Assembly (NCBI GenBank): GCA_964580075.1
Contig: CAZOJL010000005.1
Location: 8,013-60,869 of the forward strand
Length of the DNA stretch: 52,857 nucleotides
Reading direction: 5' to 3'
Source of the DNA: an uncultured Akkermansia sp.
GTDB lineage: Bacteria > Verrucomicrobiota > Kiritimatiellia > RFP12 > JAAYNR01
Below the pieces are notes generated by a model. The model did not search any database. It had not been told where the DNA came from and was given only the letters and a program-made list of their open reading frames with translations. This document shows, in pieces, positions 1 to 9,328 of this stretch. Position 1 is the first letter of the stretch, and each line of letters begins with the position of its first letter. A program made the translations under genes and the position numbers.

Positions 1-2535
1 CAGCTCGGTCTGCTCGTGCTGGTGGCGCGCCTCGGCGGCACGCTGTTCAAACGGTGGCGGATGCCAGGTGTGCTGGGCGAACTGCTCGCCGGCGTGCTCT
101 TCGGTCCTTACCTGTTTGGCAGCGTGCCTCTGCCGGGATTTCCAAACGGCCCCATGCACGGCGTTGCGTCCATTCTGACCCGTCAGCACCCGTTGTTCGG
201 CGTGGTGCTGGTCGCGCTGACGATGCTGGTTTTTCTCATCGGACTGGACACCGATGTCCGGTTGATCCGGCGCTATGCGCTGGCGGGCGCGCTGGTCGGC
301 TTGGGCGGCAGCGTGGCAGCCTTTGCTGCGGTTTCAGGCTTCACCTCCGCCGTCTCTCCCTGGCTGTTCGGAGGCGACCGCGTCATGGCTTGGTACGAAC
401 CGGGTCCCTTTATCGCGGGGGTTGTGGCCAGCATCACCGCCGTCGGCATCTTGGCGCGGATGCTGGCGGGTACGCAGCGGCTGGAAACACCCGAAGGGGT
501 TGTGGCGCTTTCCGGCGCGGTGGTTGACGGCCTCGTCGGCATGCTGCTGCTCGCCGTCGGCTCGGGCATTATCGAGACGGTTGCGGCGGGTCGTCCGGCC
601 ACAGCGGCGATAGTCGCCACAGGCGTGGTACGCGCCGTGCTCGCGACGGGTATTCTGGCTGTGCTCGGCTTGGGCATTGCCCGCAAGGTGGCACACACGA
701 CGCTTCACGACGGAAACCGCCACGCGTCGATTGCGGCCGCGGCAGCCTGCGTGCTGGTTGCGGCCGGGCTGACCGGATACCTGGGTCTCTCCCCCCTGCT
801 GGGGGCGTATGTGATGGGGGTCGCCTTCTCGACTACCGATTTACGTCACGCCATTCACGAACGGATTGAGTTTGTCAACATTGCCCTGGTTCCGGCCTGT
901 TTCGCGCTGGTGGGGACGCAGGTGAATGTGAACCTGCTGGCCGATCCTGCGGTCTTCCTGTTTGTGCTGGCGTTTGTGGGCGTGGCGCTGGTCGCCAAGC
1001 TGCTCGCGTGCGGTCTCGCGGCGCTCCCCGCCCGGCTGACGGTTGCGGGCTGCTTGCGCGTCGGCATCGTCTCCATGCCGCGCGGCGAAGCGACCCTTGC
1101 CATGGCGGTGCTGGCGATCGCGGCGGGCGTCATGCCGGACCCCTTGCTGATCGCGGTGGTCGTGTTGCTATGGGTGAGCGGAATGCTTCTGCCGAGGCTC
1201 ACCGAGGCCGGCTTCAGGTGCGGTGGAACGGGTTTCCGCAAAGGCTTCGCGCTCGACGAGCAGGTACGGATATCCTTCGCGCTGACGACTGCCGACAGCG
1301 CTTCGCTGGTCGTCCGCCGCCTGATCGAAATCTTTGAGGACGAAGAGTTCTCGGTTCACGTCCTCAACCGCCGTGAACATCTCTACCGGTTTACACGCGA
1401 GGCATACATCGTCACGTTGCAACAGATCGGACCGGCGCTGGTGTTCACCTGCACGCCCCGGGAGCGCTCCCTGATCAACACGGTCATGGTCGAAGTAGCG
1501 GCGGGCATCGAGCAGAATTTGCGGGACGTGCGCCGGGATCTCGATCCATTGTCGCTGCAACGGAAACTGCAGGGCAACCCGCTCGACGGCTCGTCGGAAG
1601 CGGGAGCCGTGTTGCGCGCGGTCCTTTCACCCGAGGTCCTCAGGCCCCGGCTGCTCTCCGACACCAAAACCGGTGCGATCGAGGAACTTCTGGAGGTGTT
1701 GTACGAGAACAACCTCATCCATGACCGGCACGATGCCCGCCGCGCCGTGTTCGCGCGTGAGCAGAATCTCTCCACGGGGCTGGAGCATGGCATCGCGATT
1801 CCGCACGGGCGCACCGATGCAGTGGACCGGCTGGTCTGCGCGGTCGGCCTCAAGCAGGAAGGGATCGACTTCGGGTCGATGGACGGCGTGCCCACGCGGA
1901 TTGTCATTCTGGTTCTGGCGCCGCAGCGCGTCTCGGCCCCCCAGCTTCAGTTCATCTCGCTGATCAGCCAGGCCCTCACGGACCAGGGACGGTCGGCGTT
2001 GCTGACCTGCGACACCCCCGAGGATATGTTTGCCGTGTTGACCTGCGGCTCGGGGAATAGCGCCGTCCGCAAGCGGAACGTGCCGTCCGCGCTTGCCTGC
2101 CTGCAGTGGCAGAACGTCTCGCTGGATATCGATGCCGACAGCAAGGAAGCGGTCATTGACCGTTTGCTCGCCCTGTGTGCGCGCAGCGGTGCGGTGACGT
2201 CGATGGACGATGCGCGCGCGGCGATCCTGGCGCGTGAGCGTAAGATGTCCACGGGCATGGAACACGGTGTGGCACTCCCCCACGCCCGCACGGAAGCGGT
2301 CTCACGTTTGGTCTGCGCGGTGGGCATCAGTCGCACGGGCGTTGAATTTGACTCCTTGGACGGGGAGCCGACCCGCATCGTGGTGCTGACGCTCGTGCCG
2401 CCCGCAGTCAGCACCGAATACACCCGCTTGACCGGCGCGATCATGCGCGCGCTCGACCGCGAGGGCCGCGCCGCGCTCATCGCCTCCACGTCCGCTCGTG
2501 ACGCGTTGGACATCCTCGCCCGCGGCGAGCAATGA
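1..2535 (+). CDS. Cation:proton antiporter (CPA2/Kef-type) fused to two C-terminal PTS EIIA (fructose/Ntr-type) domains; 5' truncated at window edge
   Basis: Frame is open from base 1. About 400 aa of multi-TM sequence with CPA motifs (VLGELLAGVLFGP, LFLIGLDTD-like, MPRGE), then two EIIA repeats (STGLEHGIAIPHGR, STGMEHGVALPHAR). Confidence 0.85.
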   Translation, partial: QLGLLVLVARLGGTLFKRWRMPGVLGELLAGVLFGPYLFGSVPLPGFPNGPMHGVASILTRQHPLFGVVLVALTMLVFLIGLDTDVRLIRRYALAGALVGLGGSVAAFAAVSGFTSAVSPWLFGGDRVMAWYEPGPFIAGVVASITAVGILARMLAGTQRLETPEGVVALSGAVVDGLVGMLLLAVGSGIIETVAAGRPATAAIVATGVVRAVLATGILAVLGLGIARKVAHTTLHDGNRHASIAAAAACVLVAAGLTGYLGLSPLLGAYVMGVAFSTTDLRHAIHERIEFVNIALVPACFALVGTQVNVNLLADPAVFLFVLAFVGVALVAKLLACGLAALPARLTVAGCLRVGIVSMPRGEATLAMAVLAIAAGVMPDPLLIAVVVLLWVSGMLLPRLTEAGFRCGGTGFRKGFALDEQVRISFALTTADSASLVVRRLIEIFEDEEFSVHVLNRREHLYRFTREAYIVTLQQIGPALVFTCTPRERSLINTVMVEVAAGIEQNLRDVRRDLDPLSLQRKLQGNPLDGSSEAGAVLRAVLSPEVLRPRLLSDTKTGAIEELLEVLYENNLIHDRHDARRAVFAREQNLSTGLEHGIAIPHGRTDAVDRLVCAVGLKQEGIDFGSMDGVPTRIVILVLAPQRVSAPQLQFISLISQALTDQGRSALLTCDTPEDMFAVLTCGSGNSAVRKRNVPSALACLQWQNVSLDIDADSKEAVIDRLLALCARSGAVTSMDDARAAILARERKMSTGMEHGVALPHARTEAVSRLVCAVGISRTGVEFDSLDGEPTRIVVLTLVPPAVSTEYTRLTGAIMRALDREGRAALIASTSARDALDILARGEQ

Positions 2536-2551
2536 ACGTAAGAGGCGCTTG

Positions 2552-2608
2552 CAATACTTCCTTCGTGCTCTTCGTGCTCTTCGTGGTGTGAACTGCCGTT
2601 TTTAGGTT
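2552..2608 (-). repeat. Isolated end of a nonamer-arm palindromic element (CCTAAAAACGGCAGTT + (CACGAAGAG)n)
   Basis: Reverse complement closely matches ~41233-41285. Lies between two convergent genes. Confidence 0.75.
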
Positions 2609-4502
2609 AAACGGAAGCGGGCGTCTTCTCTGTCGCATCCACCACGCGTCGAATCGCGCATTCCAAGGCTTCCGGCGTGAGGCCGAATTGTTCGCGCAGT
2701 CCGGCGGAGGTTCCCTGCGGAATGAAGGCGTCGGGCCAGCCAAATCGGAGCACACGCACGTCCGACACGCCGAGCGTGTCCAGTTCCTCCGCAAGCGCGC
2801 TGCCGAACCCGCCGGCGACCGACCCGTTCTCCAGCGTCACAAACAACGAGCCGGGGTTCGCCTGCAGCCGGAGCCTATCCCGATCCATCGGTTTGATGAA
2901 CCGCGCGTTAACGACGCCCGCCGCGACACCCCGCCCGCGCAGCCGTGCCGCCGTCTCGCATGCCACGGGAACAAAATCACCGAGTGCCCAGATCCAAACC
3001 TGCCGCCCCTCCCCGGCAAGCGGTTCGATCACCTCCGCAACGCCGATGGGCAGGGGCTCCGCTTGCGAAAAGACACGGCCGATGGGAGCGGGATCCCGGG
3101 GATAGCGGATGGCAACCGGTCCCGGGTGCCGCACCGCCGTCTCCAACATCCGGCCCAACTCGGCCTCGTCACGGGGCTGCATGAACACCAGATTCGGCAG
3201 GGAACGCAGCATGGGGATGTCAAATACCCCATGGTGCGTCGGACCGTCGCTCCCCACCACGCCGGCACGATCCATGCAGAACACCACCGGCAGTCCCTGC
3301 AGGCAGACGTCGTGCATCACACAATCCACCGCCCGCTGCATGAACGTCGCGTAAATGGCCACAACCGGATGTAATCCAGCCGCAGCCAGACCCGCGGCGA
3401 ACACCACGGCGTGCTCCTCGCAGATGCCGACGTCAAAGAACCGATCGGGAAAACGCTCGGCAAAACCGGTAAGGCCTGTTCCGCCGCACATCGCGGCCGT
3501 GATCGCCATGACCGACGGATCCCGTTGGGCGAGCGCACACAGTTGCTCACCCAGCACATGTGAATAGCTGCGGGGAGCCGGGTGGGCCGCCTCGCCTTCG
3601 GGGTCGAAACAGCCGACCCCGTGCCACGCTTCGGGATTCAGCTCGGCAGGCCGGTGACCACGCCCTTTGTGGGTTGCAACATGAATGAGGATCGGCCGGT
3701 CATACGCCCGCGCGACGGTCAGCGCGTCGCACAGCGCCTCGAGATCGTGGCCGTCCACCGGCCCCATGTAGCGCAGGCCAAACTCCTCGAACAGGGCGTT
3801 CTTCAGAAACAGGCTCTTGATCGCCTGCTCGGTGCGATGGTAGATCCCGCGCAACGGATCCATCCGCAGCCGGTGCCCCACGTGCTCGGCCGCCGCCTTC
3901 CAGCGGTTGTATCGCGGACTGGCAAGCAGGCGGCCCAGATGGGAGGATATCGCCCCCACCGATCCCCCGATGGACATCTCATTGTCATTCAGGATCACGA
4001 TCAGCCGACGGGTCACCGATGCGAGGGAGTTCAGCGCCTCTAACGAGATGCCGTTGCCGAATGCGGCGTCGCCGACGATCGCCACCACAGACTCATGGCC
4101 GCCCCGCCGATCGCGCGCGACAGCCATCCCCATCGCCGCCGAGATCGCCGTACCGGCATGACCCGCGCCGAAGGCGTCGCACGGACTCTCCTCGCGCTTC
4201 TGAAATCCCGAGAGCCCTCCGGGCTGGCGCAGCGTGTCGAACCGCCCCTCCCGGCCGGTCAGCAGCTTCCAGGCATACGTCTGGTGGCCGACATCCCAGA
4301 GAATTTTATCGGCGGGCGGCGCAAAAACCCGCAGCAGCGCGATCGTCAGATCGACGACGCCCAGGTTCGAGGCCAGATGCCCTCCGTTCCGGCTCACCAC
4401 TGCAATAATCCGGCTCCGAATCTCATCGGCCAGCCCCGGCAATGCGTCGCGTTCCAGAGCGGCCACATCCCCTGCCCCCGTAATTCTTTTTAGTATACTC
4501 AT
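2607..4502 (-). CDS. dxs: 1-deoxy-D-xylulose-5-phosphate synthase
   Basis: Motifs GGHLASNLGVV, WDVGHQ, GHAGTAIS, GD...LNDN (ThDP-binding), DVGICEEH, DRAG, DGPTHHG. Start moved to the ATG at 4502 (MSILKRI). Confidence 0.96.
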   Translation of the reverse strand: MSILKRITGAGDVAALERDALPGLADEIRSRIIAVVSRNGGHLASNLGVVDLTIALLRVFAPPADKILWDVGHQTYAWKLLTGREGRFDTLRQPGGLSGFQKREESPCDAFGAGHAGTAISAAMGMAVARDRRGGHESVVAIVGDAAFGNGISLEALNSLASVTRRLIVILNDNEMSIGGSVGAISSHLGRLLASPRYNRWKAAAEHVGHRLRMDPLRGIYHRTEQAIKSLFLKNALFEEFGLRYMGPVDGHDLEALCDALTVARAYDRPILIHVATHKGRGHRPAELNPEAWHGVGCFDPEGEAAHPAPRSYSHVLGEQLCALAQRDPSVMAITAAMCGGTGLTGFAERFPDRFFDVGICEEHAVVFAAGLAAAGLHPVVAIYATFMQRAVDCVMHDVCLQGLPVVFCMDRAGVVGSDGPTHHGVFDIPMLRSLPNLVFMQPRDEAELGRMLETAVRHPGPVAIRYPRDPAPIGRVFSQAEPLPIGVAEVIEPLAGEGRQVWIWALGDFVPVACETAARLRGRGVAAGVVNARFIKPMDRDRLRLQANPGSLFVTLENGSVAGGFGSALAEELDTLGVSDVRVLRFGWPDAFIPQGTSAGLREQFGLTPEALECAIRRVVDATEKTPASV

Positions 4503-4834
4503 GGTTCTAAAAACGTCTCCAACCCCATCCGTTAGAGTGATTAGTATAACCGGTCCTGCGTTATTCTGCAGCAGAAAGTAGTCATCGGGAAAATAGGCTG
4601 CCGTCCTTTTCCGTCCTTTTCCGTTGAAAACAAGCCGCCGCTTTGCTACCGTCTCTTCAGGGACGGTTCGGCTCGGGCAGGCGTCGGCCGAGCGACCGGG
4701 ACGTCGGATGTGATCGGGATGCGAATGCGGCGTTGCAAGACTGCTTTTTTGCCTGTCCGCGATCACCCCGGGCCGTAGCCCCGCTGTTCGCAGACGTATC
4801 CCGATTGTGATTCATTTCAGGTGAAGGATTAGGC

Positions 4835-7321
4835 GTGATCCGAAAACGGCCCATATTCATTCCGCTTCTGATGGTAGTTCTGGCGGTCGCCGCCGTGCGG
4901 GCGGTTGACGAGCTGGACGTGGCGCAGAGCGCGCTGGCGGACAAGCTCTACGGTCTGGCCGAGCGGCACGCGAAACGTCTCGTGACGTCGGCCGAGACGG
5001 CCGAGGCACGTGCCGGCGCGCTCCTCGTCTATGTTCAGGCCCTGGAGGAGCAAGGCCGGCACGCGGAGGTTCTGGACGCGCTAAAGACCCATGCCGCAAT
5101 CATTGCCGAGACTCCTGCCGCCGCATTCGCTTACTGGCGCGCGCGCGCGCTCCTGGCTGCAGGCGATCCGGCTGGCGCGCGGGAAGCCGCGGAAAGCGCC
5201 CTCGCGGCGGATTCCCCGCCGGCCGAGGCAACGGCTTTGCGCCGACTGGCCGCACAAGCCTGTCTGAGACAGGGCGACAGCAATAGCGCCCTGCGTGTGT
5301 ACGCCGATCTGGACGCATCCGTTACAGATCCGGAGACGCGCGCGGCTGTGTTGTTCGAGTGGGCCCAGGCGCTCGACGGCTTGGGACGATCCGCCGAAGC
5401 GGCCGCCGTGCTGACGCAGCAGCCCCGCGAAACACTGACCGATCCCTTTGTCGAACAAGGCATCCTGTTGCAGGCCGCGATTTTGTCTCGGCTCAACCAG
5501 CGTACCGATGCCATGCGCGTGCTGCAGACGCTCTCCACCCGGGATCCGGTGAGAGAATCGGGGCGTGTCCAGGCGCTCGTCGAGCTGGCTCGCTTGCAGA
5601 TCACCGGCGGCAATACCAACGACGCGATCACCTCGGCGCGCGCCGCCGCCGAGGCGGCGCAACGGCCTGACCTGCGCCTGGTCGCCGGTTTCCGTCTTGC
5701 CGACATCCTTCTCTGCGCAACCAACACGCTCGACGAGGGAGAAACCCGCATCAAGGCCCTGATCCGCGAATTCCCTGAAAGTCCCGAAGCGCGAAGCGCC
5801 CAGATGAGACTGGCAGACGCCTTATCCGAGGTCAGACTCTATGAACGGGCTGCTGCCGCGTACCGGGTCTACATCGAATCCTTCGGCGAGGGCGGGAAAG
5901 GCCTGGACGCGCTCGCCGGCCGCGCGCGTGCGTTGTTTCAAATGGGGCGTTTCGGCGAATCGGCGAATGTGTACCAGAAACTCCACGACACGACCACCAA
6001 TGTCCTGCACAAGGCGGAATACCTCTACCGCGCGGCTGACGCCGTTGCCGCCGACGGTCGCTTCAAACAGGCGGCACAGCTCTATCGCAGCGTCAACCAG
6101 CTCTACGATGGTAGCCCGCTCGCGCCCCGTGCGCTCTTTCAATCGGCCGATGCGTGCGAACGCGATGGAGATCTCGCCGCCGCCGAAGAGACCTTCCGGC
6201 AAACAGCGGAACGATATGGGATTGCGCCGCTGGCCGAGCAGGCGCTGCTGCGGCTCGCGGCGCTGCTGTCGGCACGCAATGCCGTGGAAGCCGCCGTGGA
6301 GACCTATGGCGTGGCACTCGCCGCGACCACCAACATTCTGGTGCGGCGCGAGGGCCTGATCGGCCGCGGCCGCGCCAACTATCGCGCGTACCGCTTCGAA
6401 GCCGCATTACAGGATTTCGCGGAAGCCGCCGCGACCCCGGACGCCAGCGGCGAAGCGCATTATTGGCAGGTCATGAGCCTGTTCAGCCTCGCACGTGACG
6501 ATGAATCCTACCGTGTTGGCGAGTCCTTTCTGGGAGCATTTCCCAAGGCAAAACGCCTCTCCGAAATGATCCTCTGGCTCGCCAAGTACGACTACAACCA
6601 CGGACGATTCGAGGAGGCGCGCAAGCGTTTTCTCCTGTATGTCGAGCGCTGGCCCGAGGGACCGTGGGCCGATTTCGCCCTCCTGTGGGCGGGCAGAACG
6701 GCGTTCCGCCTGGACGATTTTACCCAGACCGTCGAGCTGATGGGGCGCCTGTGGAAAGCCTACCCCGAAAGCAAGCGCCTCGCCGAGGCCCGTTTTGTCC
6801 AAGCCGACGCGCTCTGCGAGCTCGCGCGGTTCGACGAGGCGGTTCTGCTGCTGAACGAGGTGATCACCCGCTATCCGGAAAGCGATTGGGGAACCCCGGC
6901 CTGGGGACGCAAGGGTGACAGCCTCTTTTCGATGGGTGTGGACAACCCGAACCGTTTCGATGAGGCCATGACCGCCTACCGGGAAATGCTCGGCCGCCGC
7001 GACGTGACAGCGGACATGGCCCTGCAGGCCGAATTCAAAATCGCCCGGTGTCTCGAAAAGCTCAAACGCGCAGACGAAGCGGTCGAACATTATTACACCC
7101 GCGTCATCATCCGCTTTCTGGAAGACCGCTCCAAAGGGCGGGTCGACCCGGACGCGGCCGTCTGGTTCACACGAGCGGCTTTTAATGCGGCCGATCTGCT
7201 GACCGAGTCGGGCAACATCGCCGCGGCGCTGCGTGTGCTGCGACGCGTGGCCGAGACGGATGTGCCGGGCCAGGCCGAAGCACGACAGCGCCTGGAGCGA
7301 TTGGAACGGACGCGGCCTTAA
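4835..7321 (+). CDS. Secreted tetratricopeptide-repeat protein (YbgF/BamD-like TPRs)
   Basis: N-terminal signal-like segment, then Ala-rich helical repeats with FPES/YPES turns. First gene of an exbB/exbD-type operon. Confidence 0.8.
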   Translation: MIRKRPIFIPLLMVVLAVAAVRAVDELDVAQSALADKLYGLAERHAKRLVTSAETAEARAGALLVYVQALEEQGRHAEVLDALKTHAAIIAETPAAAFAYWRARALLAAGDPAGAREAAESALAADSPPAEATALRRLAAQACLRQGDSNSALRVYADLDASVTDPETRAAVLFEWAQALDGLGRSAEAAAVLTQQPRETLTDPFVEQGILLQAAILSRLNQRTDAMRVLQTLSTRDPVRESGRVQALVELARLQITGGNTNDAITSARAAAEAAQRPDLRLVAGFRLADILLCATNTLDEGETRIKALIREFPESPEARSAQMRLADALSEVRLYERAAAAYRVYIESFGEGGKGLDALAGRARALFQMGRFGESANVYQKLHDTTTNVLHKAEYLYRAADAVAADGRFKQAAQLYRSVNQLYDGSPLAPRALFQSADACERDGDLAAAEETFRQTAERYGIAPLAEQALLRLAALLSARNAVEAAVETYGVALAATTNILVRREGLIGRGRANYRAYRFEAALQDFAEAAATPDASGEAHYWQVMSLFSLARDDESYRVGESFLGAFPKAKRLSEMILWLAKYDYNHGRFEEARKRFLLYVERWPEGPWADFALLWAGRTAFRLDDFTQTVELMGRLWKAYPESKRLAEARFVQADALCELARFDEAVLLLNEVITRYPESDWGTPAWGRKGDSLFSMGVDNPNRFDEAMTAYREMLGRRDVTADMALQAEFKIARCLEKLKRADEAVEHYYTRVIIRFLEDRSKGRVDPDAAVWFTRAAFNAADLLTESGNIAAALRVLRRVAETDVPGQAEARQRLERLERTRP

Positions 7322-7341
7322 CGGCCAGAGGGGAGAACGCG

Positions 7342-7983
7342 ATGCACGGTGGTATTGGTGAAGGCGGATTGGTTCTGTGGATCATCCTCGCCCTGGGCGT
7401 GGGTGAAGTGCTCGTATTTCTCGAGCGCCTGTTGCACATGCGCCGTGCCGCAATCGACTACCCCGACTTCCTGAAGGGGATCCGCACCATCCTCGGGCGG
7501 GGCAACGACAGCGAAGCGGTCGCGATCTGCGAAGACACCCCGGGACCCGTGGCTGCGCTCGTGCGTACCGCGATCCAGCATCGCCACGAATCGCGCCAGG
7601 CCATCCGTGAGGCCGTCGACGGCACGGGACGAGCGGAACTCAGCCGCCTCGAGCGCCGTATCGGCACGGTGGCGACGATCACCTACACCGCTCCCCTGCT
7701 GGGTTTGCTGGGCACGATTCTCGGCATCATCGAAACGGTGCTGGTGATACACAACCAGGAACCGCTTGTCGACGCCTCGCAGGTCACCGGTGGTCTGCTG
7801 CACGCGCTCGTCACCACCGCCGCCGGCCTCATGGTCGCCGCGCCCGGATACGCGATGTACACCCTGCTCGTCGACCGCATCGACCGCATGACGCTCGACA
7901 TGGAGGCCGCCACGACCGAGATACTCGCCTTCCTCACCGCACCCGCCGACGATCCGGCTCCCGCGGCACGGAAGGAGGCATGA
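7342..7983 (+). CDS. MotA/TolQ/ExbB proton channel protein
   Basis: Signature APLLGLLGTILGII and ALVTTAAGLMVA; N-terminal TM followed by ER. Confidence 0.92.
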   Translation: MHGGIGEGGLVLWIILALGVGEVLVFLERLLHMRRAAIDYPDFLKGIRTILGRGNDSEAVAICEDTPGPVAALVRTAIQHRHESRQAIREAVDGTGRAELSRLERRIGTVATITYTAPLLGLLGTILGIIETVLVIHNQEPLVDASQVTGGLLHALVTTAAGLMVAAPGYAMYTLLVDRIDRMTLDMEAATTEILAFLTAPADDPAPAARKEA

Positions 7984-7987
7984 TCCC

Positions 7988-8479
7988 ATGCTATCAACAA
8001 TCGGCGTATGGGACATGTGGCGGGCACGTAACTTGCGCGACAAATACCGTCCGAAATCGCGGATCGGGCTGGCGTTTCTGGTGGCCGTGCCATGGATCGA
8101 CGTGCTCCTGGTCGCCGCGTTGTTCATCTGGGTCGGCTCTCGGCTGACGCTCCGTCCCGGCACCGTTTTTGATCTCCCCGCCGCGCCGTTTCAAGAGGGG
8201 TTGTACGAAAACATAACCGCTGTGCTCATCCCGGTCACCCGCAACGGATGGCAATCGGAAACACTCGTTTTTTTTGATGACGAACGCTACAGTCTCTCCG
8301 ATCAGCAGCAAGTGCAGCGGCTGGGCGCCGCCATGCGCAACTTGCTGTCCCGCACCGCTCGCCGTGAACTGTTACTCCTCGCCGACCGCCGGGTGCCGCA
8401 CGGGGATGTGATGGCGGCTGTCAACGTGGCCCGCGCGGCAGGCGTGCAACGGGTCAATGTCGGCGTGAGACCGGATTGA
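7988..8479 (+). CDS. ExbD/TolR biopolymer transport protein
   Basis: VPWIDVLLV TM segment with the conserved Asp; LLADRRVPHGDV...AGV C-terminal motif. Exact start uncertain. Confidence 0.85.
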   Translation: MLSTIGVWDMWRARNLRDKYRPKSRIGLAFLVAVPWIDVLLVAALFIWVGSRLTLRPGTVFDLPAAPFQEGLYENITAVLIPVTRNGWQSETLVFFDDERYSLSDQQQVQRLGAAMRNLLSRTARRELLLLADRRVPHGDVMAAVNVARAAGVQRVNVGVRPD

Positions 8480-9216
8480 TGCAGGAAGGCGGGAGCGGCA
8501 TGGATAACCACAGCATACCCTACGATAAAAACTGGCGGCCGCGCCCGGATCGCCGCCAGCTCGTCTTCTGGTGGCCCGCGGCGCTGTTCCTGGGGATCAT
8601 GGCGCTGCTCTGGAGCAACGGTTGGTCGCACTTCGCGGGTCGCCGTACAGACCCGTCGCCACGGCTTCCCGAGCCGGGCGCCGCCTATGTCGTGGTCGGC
8701 GCCGACGCACAGGCACTCTACCTCAAGGCCGACATCATCGCACGGCCCTCATGGCTCGGCTTCGGTCGCACCGTTGGCGACAGTCTGGATGCTCGCGAAA
8801 CCGCACCTGAACCAACCCCTCCCCCCCTGCATCTCCTGCCGGTTGGCCACTCGGCATCCTGGCAGCCGGCCCATCTGGACATTGCGGCCCGTCTGGGCGA
8901 TCCGGCCGAACGGACGCTCGCCGCGCCAATCTGGACCGCCCCGCTGTCGTCCAACACGCTGTCGCTACGCCTCGCATCCGCACTGCAGCAGGCGGGATTC
9001 ACATCGAGCGTCACGCGTGCCCACCTCCCGGCGACGGCCGGCCGGCTGCGCGTCTGGCTGGAACTTGACGAAGCCGGGCGGATCACGCACGCCTTGGGGG
9101 AACGCGATGAAGGCGAACTGCCGCAAGAGGCGCTGCGCGTGATCCAATCCGGCGGTGGAACAAATGCCGCCACCGGTTGGATCGATCTCGCCTGGCCAAC
9201 CGGAAGCGGAAAATGA
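8476..9216 (+). CDS. Membrane-anchored hypothetical protein, possibly TonB/TolA-like
   Basis: Single N-terminal TM, Pro-rich linker, C-terminal GRLRVWLELDEAGRI resembling the TonB C-domain. Overlaps the exbD stop. Confidence 0.5.
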   Translation: MMQEGGSGMDNHSIPYDKNWRPRPDRRQLVFWWPAALFLGIMALLWSNGWSHFAGRRTDPSPRLPEPGAAYVVVGADAQALYLKADIIARPSWLGFGRTVGDSLDARETAPEPTPPPLHLLPVGHSASWQPAHLDIAARLGDPAERTLAAPIWTAPLSSNTLSLRLASALQQAGFTSSVTRAHLPATAGRLRVWLELDEAGRITHALGERDEGELPQEALRVIQSGGGTNAATGWIDLAWPTGSGK

Positions 9217-9258
9217 AATAGGCCATCTTCTGGCTTAGACCGACGAGACGGCGCGTCC

Positions 9259-9320
9259 ATCGTCCTCGTCCTCGTCGTCGTCCTCGTCCTCGATTTCACG
9301 ATTCGAGGACGAGGACGATC
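9259..9320. repeat. Hexamer inverted repeat (CTCGTC)n...(GAGGAC)n between convergent genes
   Basis: tcgtcctcgtcctcgtcgtcgtcctcgtcctcga...tcgaggacgaggacga; can form a hairpin. Confidence 0.7.
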
Positions 9321-9328
9321 ATGATGTC

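Noticed and set aside
4503-4766. N-terminal extension of dxs in the ORF track
   Set aside because: DXS similarity starts at MSIL; the extension spans an AT-richer divergent promoter region.
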